Below are positions 57,442-64,000 of a stretch of DNA of 64,000 bases, piece after piece. The notes under the pieces were generated by a model. It made no database searches and was not told the DNA's origin. It saw nothing but the letters and a program-made list of their open reading frames with translations. Position 1 is the stretch's first letter, and each line of letters begins with the position of its first letter. The DNA comes from Polyangiaceae bacterium (GTDB lineage Bacteria; Myxococcota_A; Polyangia; Polyangiales; Polyangiaceae), in contig CBDCTZ010000009.1 of assembly GCA_965222375.1 (NCBI GenBank), positions 32,001 to 96,000 of the forward strand. Direction: 5' to 3'. The position numbers and the translations under genes were made by a program.

Positions 57442-59292
57442 ATGTTGCGAAAGCGCCTAGTCGCCGTCTGCTTCTTGGCCGCCGCAGTGAGCGGTGTTGT
57501 CGTTCCCCATGACGCGGTCGCCCAAGAGGTCATCGACCTCGACGAGGAAGCGGCAAAAGCAAAACCGAAGCCGAAGCCAAAGCCCAAGGGCGGTGGAGCC
57601 AAGTGGAAGCCCAAGCCCAAAGCAAAGCCAAAGGCGAAGCCCAAGGGTGGTGACGCCAAGGGTGGTGATGCCAAGACGGGTGGTGCCACCAAGAAGGGCG
57701 GCTCCGGTGTCGACATCGATTTGGATGAAGAAGCGCCCAAGGAGCAAGGGCCCGTTGTCGCTGGGCAGATGACCGAAGAGGCGGCAGCCGCGAAGAAGCT
57801 ATTCGATCGCGAGCGTTGGAGTGAGGCCGCGCAGGCTTTGTTCCGAGTCGTCAACGGCGAGACCGGTGATGACGCGGGCAACAAGCAGCTCGCGCAGTAT
57901 TACCTCGCGATCTCGCTGTACCGCTTGAAGTTCTATCAGGCGAGCTACGCCATCTTCAGCGTGGTCGCTGACAACAAGCACCACCTGAAGTTCAAAGAAA
58001 CCCTGCTTTGGCTGGCGAAATTGGCCACGCAGCTGCCGGAACCCGCGGACATCATCGAGCGGGTGGGCAAGTACAGCGACGAAGAGGTCGGGCGCTTCAA
58101 CAACCAGCAACAGCGCGATCTGTACTGGCAATTGAACTACATGCTTGGGCGCTACAAGTACCGCAACCGGCAGTATGCCGAAGCTGTTCGCCTGTTTCAG
58201 AAGGTGAACCGCAAGAGTGACTCCTACGTGAAGTCACAGTTCTTCACTGGCATTAGCTACGTGCAGCTGAGGAAGAGCGTTCCAGCCGTGCAGGCCTTCC
58301 AGCGCGTCGAGAAGGCCATCGACGAAGGCGTCAGCGGCGTCGACGACGAAGCGCGCATGGCGGACCTGGCCTACTTGTCGATGGCACGCACGTTCTACTC
58401 CGCCTCCATTCGCTTGGATGCGGAAACCAACGCGCCAAGTGTCGACGAGAAGAAGCTGAGCGCAGCGGTGAAGTACTGGAACCTCATCGACGTCGCGAGC
58501 GAGTACTGGCTCGACGCTTTGTTCGAACAGTCCTGGGCCTACTTCATGGCCGGCGACTACCCGCGCGCACTCGGGAACATTCACACCATTCAGTCGCCCT
58601 ACTTCCCGAACTCCTTCTACCCAGAAGCAGACGTGCTGAAGGCGGTCATCTACTTCGCCAACTGCAACTACCAAGGGGCCACCACGGTGGTGGCGCGTTT
58701 CAACAAGAAATACGTGCCGTTGAAGGACTCCCTGGAGAAAATCTTGAAGCGTTTCAAAGGCGCGAACCAAGAAGAGCCCTTCTTCAAGTTTCTACTCGAG
58801 GTGCGTGAAGGTAAAGCCAGCCTGGATCCGAAGATTCGGCCCATCGTCGAAAACGCCCTCAGCGATCGCCAGCTGCTGCGCAATATCGAGTATGTGAAGC
58901 TGCTCGACGACGAAACCAGCCGTTTCAAGCGGTCGCCAGCACCCTTCCGCAGCTCGGCCCTGGGCCAGCAGGTGGAAGACTCTCTGCGCCTGGCTCGCGA
59001 ACTTGCGGTGCGCCAGGCCGGGGAGCTGGCTCTGTCGCGTTATCAGCGCAACGTGGATGAGCTGAACGAGCACTTGCGCAACGGTGAGAAAATTCTCATC
59101 GACATCACTGCCGCTCAGCGAAACCTTCTCGATGAAAAACTCGCGAAGGGGCAGGTCAGCAAGGCGGAATCCAAGATTTATGGTGTCGTCAAGCCCGATG
59201 AGGAACACGTGTTGTGGCCCTTCGACGGTGAGTATTGGCGCGACGAACTCGGTTTCTACCGTCAGGTAGTCGAGTCGGCGTGTGGGAGGTAA
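57442..59292 (+). CDS. gltC: Gliding motility TPR protein GltC-like
   Basis: Signal peptide, TPRs, RALGNIHT...PE, C-terminal WPFDGEYWRDELGFY...C. Confidence 0.8.
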   Translation: MLRKRLVAVCFLAAAVSGVVVPHDAVAQEVIDLDEEAAKAKPKPKPKPKGGGAKWKPKPKAKPKAKPKGGDAKGGDAKTGGATKKGGSGVDIDLDEEAPKEQGPVVAGQMTEEAAAAKKLFDRERWSEAAQALFRVVNGETGDDAGNKQLAQYYLAISLYRLKFYQASYAIFSVVADNKHHLKFKETLLWLAKLATQLPEPADIIERVGKYSDEEVGRFNNQQQRDLYWQLNYMLGRYKYRNRQYAEAVRLFQKVNRKSDSYVKSQFFTGISYVQLRKSVPAVQAFQRVEKAIDEGVSGVDDEARMADLAYLSMARTFYSASIRLDAETNAPSVDEKKLSAAVKYWNLIDVASEYWLDALFEQSWAYFMAGDYPRALGNIHTIQSPYFPNSFYPEADVLKAVIYFANCNYQGATTVVARFNKKYVPLKDSLEKILKRFKGANQEEPFFKFLLEVREGKASLDPKIRPIVENALSDRQLLRNIEYVKLLDDETSRFKRSPAPFRSSALGQQVEDSLRLARELAVRQAGELALSRYQRNVDELNEHLRNGEKILIDITAAQRNLLDEKLAKGQVSKAESKIYGVVKPDEEHVLWPFDGEYWRDELGFYRQVVESACGR

Positions 59293-59297
59293 TCAGG

Positions 59298-62200
59298 ATG
59301 AACGCACGCAGCGCGTACTCAATCCTCGCGGTTGTTCTTGGTCTTACTCTTTGTGTAACCAGCGCCCAGGCGGCGAAAAAGGCTCAAACCAGCCTTCCGA
59401 GTGCCTGCGTTGGAGCTCAAGCCAACAAGAACTTCAAGGAGTGCCCCGGCGGTCCTAGCAAGTTCGTCATCAAACAGAAGCGCGGAGCCGCATTCAAGAG
59501 TGCTCCTCCGCCGCGTAAGAAAAAGAGCGCTCGAGACTTCAAGCCGAAGAACCCGGGCGAGTCGATGGCAGCGGGCCAGCGTGACACGCGCAAGACCCGC
59601 CTCAAGGCGCGTCAGCGCGCCCTGCTGATCACGGAGATTCAGGGGTTGGAGCGCTTGTTCAAGCGCACTCCCAAGAAGTCCCCGGATCGTCCGCAGCTGA
59701 TTCGCCGTTTGGCGGAGGGCTATGTGGAGCTGGAATCCGCCGCGTTGCGTGATCAGACCCGCGCGGAGATCCGAGCTTCGGACAACAAGAAGAAAAAGCC
59801 AAAGTACGCCGCGAAAATGCGCCGGTCTGCAGCCCAAGCCAAGAAGATCGTCAAGGCTGCGCGCCGCAAGGCCATCGCCTACTACCGGCTGATGAAGAAC
59901 GCCTACCCGAACTACTCGAAGCTGGACGAGGTCCTGTACTACCTCGCCTACGAGTACGAGCAGGCGAAGGACCTGAAAAATGCTCGAAAGGTCTACTATG
60001 AGCTGATCCAGAAGGCGCCCAAGTCGCCGTACATCCCCAACGCCTACCTGGCCTTCGGCGAGCTCTTCTTCCAGGAAGCACAGGGTGACCCAAGCAAGTG
60101 GGACCTGGCCGCAGCCGCCTACAAAGAGGTGGTGAAGTATCCCCCGCCGAAGAACAAGGTGTTCGGTTACGCCCGCTACAAGCTGGCCTACGTGCACTGG
60201 AACAAGGGCGAGTACGCCCAGGCGATGAACGAGTACAAGAAGGTCATCGAGTTCGGTGAGCGCTACACGCAGATCTCCGGGGCCAAGCAGTTAGCCAAGA
60301 GCGCGCGTCGGGACATGATTCCCGTGTACGCAGCGAGCGGTGCGCCGGAGCGGGCCTACAACTTCTTCAAGCCCCTCTCCGGTGACAAGGGTGGCAGCAA
60401 CAAGAAGACCCTCGACATCCTGAACGAGTTGGGCTTCGCCTACCTCGATACTGGGCACTACAAGGAGGGCATCACCCTATACCGAGACCTGATGGGTCGG
60501 GACAAAGGTGGGCGGTACTGCCACTACCAGTCGCAGATCACGGTCGCGACCCAGGCTACTCAGGCGTCGAACAAGGACGCTATCAAGAAGGAGCTCGACA
60601 AGCAGATCAAAGTCCGCAACGACTTCAAGAAGGGGTCGCATTCGTCGAAGCAGAAGCTGAAGTGCAACAACAAGACGGCCGAGCTGCTCTCCGAGACAGC
60701 CATGGCCTGGCACTTGGAGGCGGTCGGCTCCGGCGGCGTCCGCGGCACCGGCGACAAGAAGACCATGGATCTCGCCGCCTACCTCTACAAGAAGGTGGGT
60801 GAGAACTTCACCGCCCAGGACTTCGCCAAGTTCAAGTTTCCGCGCATCGTGAAGGCCGACTGGCCCACGATCTACAAGATCAAATACGCCATGGCGGACC
60901 TCTTGTACTTCCAAGAGCGCTGGGAAGAGTGCGGTCCCGCATTCGACAGCGTGGTCGCGGAAGACCCGAAGGGCGACAGCGCTGCGGAGGCGGCCTTCGC
61001 GTCGGTGCTCTGCTACCAGAAAATGTACGACGCCATGTACAAGGGCAAGTCCGACCGCAAGGGCAGAGACTTGGGCCCGAAGGGCGCTGGCAAAAAGAAG
61101 GACAAGAAGGCAAAGAAGAGCGAGTGGGAGAAGTTCAAGCCCAAGCCCTTCACGGATACCCAAAAGGGCATGGTCACGGCCTTCAACCGCTACGTCTGCT
61201 ACATCCAGCCGCCCAAGGGCGACAAGCAGGCCGAGGAACAGTACGTCGAGGTCAAGTTCGCTCGAGCACGTACCTACTACGAGGCCCAGCATTGGGAGGA
61301 GGCTGCCCTCGGTTTCCGAGATGTTGCTCTCAACCACAGCGACCACGATGCTGGCGTGTACGCCGCCAACCTCTATCTAGAGGCTCTCAACGTGCTTGGC
61401 TCGAAGGCGGAGCCGCCCCGGCCCTCGTGCTTCGACGGCATGGCCAAGGACGTTCCGCAGTTCCTGAAGCTGTATTGCGAAGGCAAGAAGGCGGAGGACA
61501 ACAAGGAAAGCTGCGAGCTGCTGTCGCGGATTCAGTTCGACATCTTGCGCTTGCGCGCCCAGAAGTTGGTCGAGCTCGCCGATACCCAGGCCGAGAAGAA
61601 CAACTTCAAGGACGCGCTGGACAACTACCGCAAGGGTGGCGACGAATACCTCGACTTGTGGCGCACCTACTGCGAAGGCCCGCTGGGCAACGGCGAGAAG
61701 CCTAAGCAGTGCGAGAACGCCGCTGAGATCGTCTACAACATGGCGCGCGCCTATCAGGCAGGGCGGCTACTCGCGAAGTCGATCCAAGCACGTTTGATTC
61801 TGCTCAATCCCAAGTACGGATTGGAGAAGACGGACTTGGCCCAGAAGGCCACGTATGAAATTGGCGGTAACTATCAGGCCATTGCCGTATACGACCGCGC
61901 AGCGCAGTTCTTCGAGCGCTACGTGGAGCAGACGTGCAAGAAACTACGCAAGTGTGGTGAGTTTGCCGACCAGGCCCTCTCCGACGCTGTGGTGCTTCGC
62001 TTAGGTCTTGGTCAAGACGAACAGGCCATCGCTGATGCGAACGACTTCAACCGCTACTTCGGGCGGAGAAAGCCGGCCCAGGTGGCCCAGATCTCCTTCG
62101 CCGTCGCCGCTCACTACGGTGAAAAGAAGGACTGGGACAACGTACGCAAACGCCTCGGCGCGACGATGCGCCAAATCGATGCGAAGGCGTCCCTGGATGT

Positions 62201-63029
62201 GCGGGTGCAGGCCCATACCCTGCTCGGACGTGCCTACGCGAATATGAATAGTCGTCAGGCCGGGACCCAATACGGCAAGGTCGTTGCCCTTTGGAAGAAC
62301 CCGAGTGCAGCAGTGGCAGAGATTAACAAGGACGAGGGTGATGCCGGCGCGAAACAGCGTCGAGTTGGTCGCGCTCTCGAGGCGGTCGGTGAAGCCATCT
62401 TCTACTTCGCCGAGCAGAAGAAGAAGAAGGTCGATGCAGTCCGCTTCCCTGCCTACAAGGGGCCCGGGAGCAAAGACGCGGTGCTCAAGCACATCCAGGG
62501 CAAGGTCAAGGATTGGATTGGCAAGAAGCGCCCGCTGATTGGCGACGCCTCGAAGGAGTACAAGAAGATCGTCGACCTGCAGCCGGTGCCGCCACCGCGC
62601 TGGGTCATCGCAGCCGGCTCTCGCGTCGGCGAGATGTGGGGCACCTTCGTGGACGAGTTCCGCGCCGCACCCATCCCGGATTCGATCAAGAAGGACTACG
62701 AGCTCCGCACCGCCTACTACGGTGCTTTGGACGATGCGTCCGAGCCCCAGAAGCAGCAAGCCAAGAGCGCCTTCCAAATCTGTCTCGGCTACTCGGTGAA
62801 GTATCAGTACTGGGATCAGTACAGTCGTGCTTGCGAGGAGTGGCTCGCCAAGAACTACAAGGCCGACTACCACCTCATCGACGAGTTCCGCGGGGCCCCG
62901 AACCGCGTCAACGATCCTCTGCGCGAGCAGGGGTACCCCTTGCGTCTGGGTGGCGAACCACTGCCAACCATCGCGCCTCCAAGGGAGCCGGACAAGGCAC
63001 CCAAGGCCGCCGGCGACAAGAAGAAGTGA
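59298..63029 (+). CDS. gltD: Gliding motility TPR protein GltD (AgmU)-like
   Basis: About 1240-aa secreted TPR protein; YPNYSKLDEVLYYLA, YARYKLAY, C-terminal APIP...YY..L; located upstream of gltE-like. Confidence 0.72.
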   Translation: MNARSAYSILAVVLGLTLCVTSAQAAKKAQTSLPSACVGAQANKNFKECPGGPSKFVIKQKRGAAFKSAPPPRKKKSARDFKPKNPGESMAAGQRDTRKTRLKARQRALLITEIQGLERLFKRTPKKSPDRPQLIRRLAEGYVELESAALRDQTRAEIRASDNKKKKPKYAAKMRRSAAQAKKIVKAARRKAIAYYRLMKNAYPNYSKLDEVLYYLAYEYEQAKDLKNARKVYYELIQKAPKSPYIPNAYLAFGELFFQEAQGDPSKWDLAAAAYKEVVKYPPPKNKVFGYARYKLAYVHWNKGEYAQAMNEYKKVIEFGERYTQISGAKQLAKSARRDMIPVYAASGAPERAYNFFKPLSGDKGGSNKKTLDILNELGFAYLDTGHYKEGITLYRDLMGRDKGGRYCHYQSQITVATQATQASNKDAIKKELDKQIKVRNDFKKGSHSSKQKLKCNNKTAELLSETAMAWHLEAVGSGGVRGTGDKKTMDLAAYLYKKVGENFTAQDFAKFKFPRIVKADWPTIYKIKYAMADLLYFQERWEECGPAFDSVVAEDPKGDSAAEAAFASVLCYQKMYDAMYKGKSDRKGRDLGPKGAGKKKDKKAKKSEWEKFKPKPFTDTQKGMVTAFNRYVCYIQPPKGDKQAEEQYVEVKFARARTYYEAQHWEEAALGFRDVALNHSDHDAGVYAANLYLEALNVLGSKAEPPRPSCFDGMAKDVPQFLKLYCEGKKAEDNKESCELLSRIQFDILRLRAQKLVELADTQAEKNNFKDALDNYRKGGDEYLDLWRTYCEGPLGNGEKPKQCENAAEIVYNMARAYQAGRLLAKSIQARLILLNPKYGLEKTDLAQKATYEIGGNYQAIAVYDRAAQFFERYVEQTCKKLRKCGEFADQALSDAVVLRLGLGQDEQAIADANDFNRYFGRRKPAQVAQISFAVAAHYGEKKDWDNVRKRLGATMRQIDAKASLDVRVQAHTLLGRAYANMNSRQAGTQYGKVVALWKNPSAAVAEINKDEGDAGAKQRRVGRALEAVGEAIFYFAEQKKKKVDAVRFPAYKGPGSKDAVLKHIQGKVKDWIGKKRPLIGDASKEYKKIVDLQPVPPPRWVIAAGSRVGEMWGTFVDEFRAAPIPDSIKKDYELRTAYYGALDDASEPQKQQAKSAFQICLGYSVKYQYWDQYSRACEEWLAKNYKADYHLIDEFRGAPNRVNDPLREQGYPLRLGGEPLPTIAPPREPDKAPKAAGDKKK

Positions 63030-63097
63030 GCCAGGGCCGCGGCGCTGGTTGCGGCCCGCCCTCACGCAACAAGGACTTATTCGAGGAGGATGACCAG

Positions 63098-64000
63098 ATG
63101 TTGAACATGAAGAGCGCAATCGTGACCATCGTCGCGCTAGGCCTGATCGGCTGCGGTGGCGGCAAGGAAGGTCCGAAGTCGCCTGTCAACGCGAGCGGCA
63201 AAAAGGACGCCACCGGGATGGCGGTCAGCAAGGCCGCGGCCGAGGGCTTCGAGCGCGCCCTGACGGATTTCGCGGCGCACGACAGAAAACAGGATTGGAA
63301 CGACTCGAGCTGCGGCTCGGTTGCAGAGCAATTCCTGGCGGCCTCGAAAGAGCAGCAGTCTGCGACGAATCGCAAGCTGCCCGAGGCGCACTACAACGCC
63401 GGGCTCGCGTACCAGCGCTGCGGCAAGGACGCTCAGGCCCGCAAGCAGTACGAGACCGCGGTGGGCATCGACCCCAAGTTCCACCGGGCGCGCGCACAGA
63501 TTGCTCTGTACGATTTCGCGAAGTCTAAGGACATCGACGGGACCATCGCCAAGCTGGAGCAGATCATTCGCGACGCGAAGTTCCAGAACTCGGAGGCTCT
63601 CGTGGGTGTGGCGGCGCTGCAGATGGAGCGCAACAACGACCAGGCCAGCGACGACGGAAAGAACGACCTGGCTCGAGCTCAGCGCAACCTGCAGCGTGCG
63701 CTAGCCATCGACGACTCCTTCATGCCCGCCTTCAACCAGCTCGCCATCTACTATCTGGAGCAAGCCAAGGCGAACGCCGCCAAGGCGAAGGGCAAGCGCA
63801 AGCGCCGCAAGCGTCGAGGCCTCGTGGCAGCGAGCGCCAAGCGCGTGGACGTCAACCAGCAGCAGCTCGATCTCGCCGCGCTGGTTGCCTCCCAGGCGAT
63901 TCGGAAGAACCCGAACTACGCTCCCATTCACAACACCGCCGGGCTGATCCAAGTGCAGCTCAAGAACTTCAACGGCGCGGTGAAGAGCTTCGCCAAGGCG
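63098..64000 (+). CDS. gltE: Gliding motility TPR lipoprotein GltE (AglT)-like, runs off right edge
   Basis: Manual translation MLNMKSAIVTIVALGLIGC, EAHYNAGLAY, LDLAALV, APIHNTAGLI; GAGGAGG RBS. Confidence 0.68.
   Translation, partial: MLNMKSAIVTIVALGLIGCGGGKEGPKSPVNASGKKDATGMAVSKAAAEGFERALTDFAAHDRKQDWNDSSCGSVAEQFLAASKEQQSATNRKLPEAHYNAGLAYQRCGKDAQARKQYETAVGIDPKFHRARAQIALYDFAKSKDIDGTIAKLEQIIRDAKFQNSEALVGVAALQMERNNDQASDDGKNDLARAQRNLQRALAIDDSFMPAFNQLAIYYLEQAKANAAKAKGKRKRRKRRGLVAASAKRVDVNQQQLDLAALVASQAIRKNPNYAPIHNTAGLIQVQLKNFNGAVKSFAKA

Noticed and set aside
57560..57700. AAGCC(G/A/C) tandem repeats
   Set aside because: Simply encode the KPKPK/GGDAK linker of the GltC-like protein.

Overview
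High-GC myxobacterial DNA, most likely Polyangiales-like (MYXO-CTERM protein, Glt gliding genes, FHA-sigma54 activator, Hanks kinases); family calls come from motif recognition only, with no database searches. The window has three parts. (1) 1-23 kb: a minus-strand cluster of EEP hydrolase, S8 protease, membrane vWA protein, intact tubulin/FtsZ-like GTPase, a second degenerate membrane-bound tubulin-like protein, a membrane-anchored catalytically degenerate DUF1998 helicase and a CBS protein, followed by a kinase, lipoproteins, frr and a PP2C phosphatase. (2) 23130-44235: a ~21 kb island integrated at the 3' end of tRNA-His and bounded by a 21-bp direct repeat. The att core lies inside the tyrosine integrase gene, so excision would fuse the integrase in frame to a 98-codon tail now sitting at the opposite end. 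Cargo includes a GmrSD-type protein, two protease plus Cys-rich lipoprotein pairs, a 54% acidic protein, a pseudokinase and decayed fragments. (3) 44.4-64 kb: core genes (HDAC, MXAN_5187-like, HEAT proteins, ftsY, YraN), a repeat-flanked four-helix-bundle gene and a gliding cluster (two OM beta-barrels, CglC/GltK-like, gltC, gltD, gltE). The best candidates for undescribed biology are the vWA / double-tubulin / pseudo-helicase operon and the split integrase. Four frameshifts in G/C homopolymers suggest long-read assembly errors.
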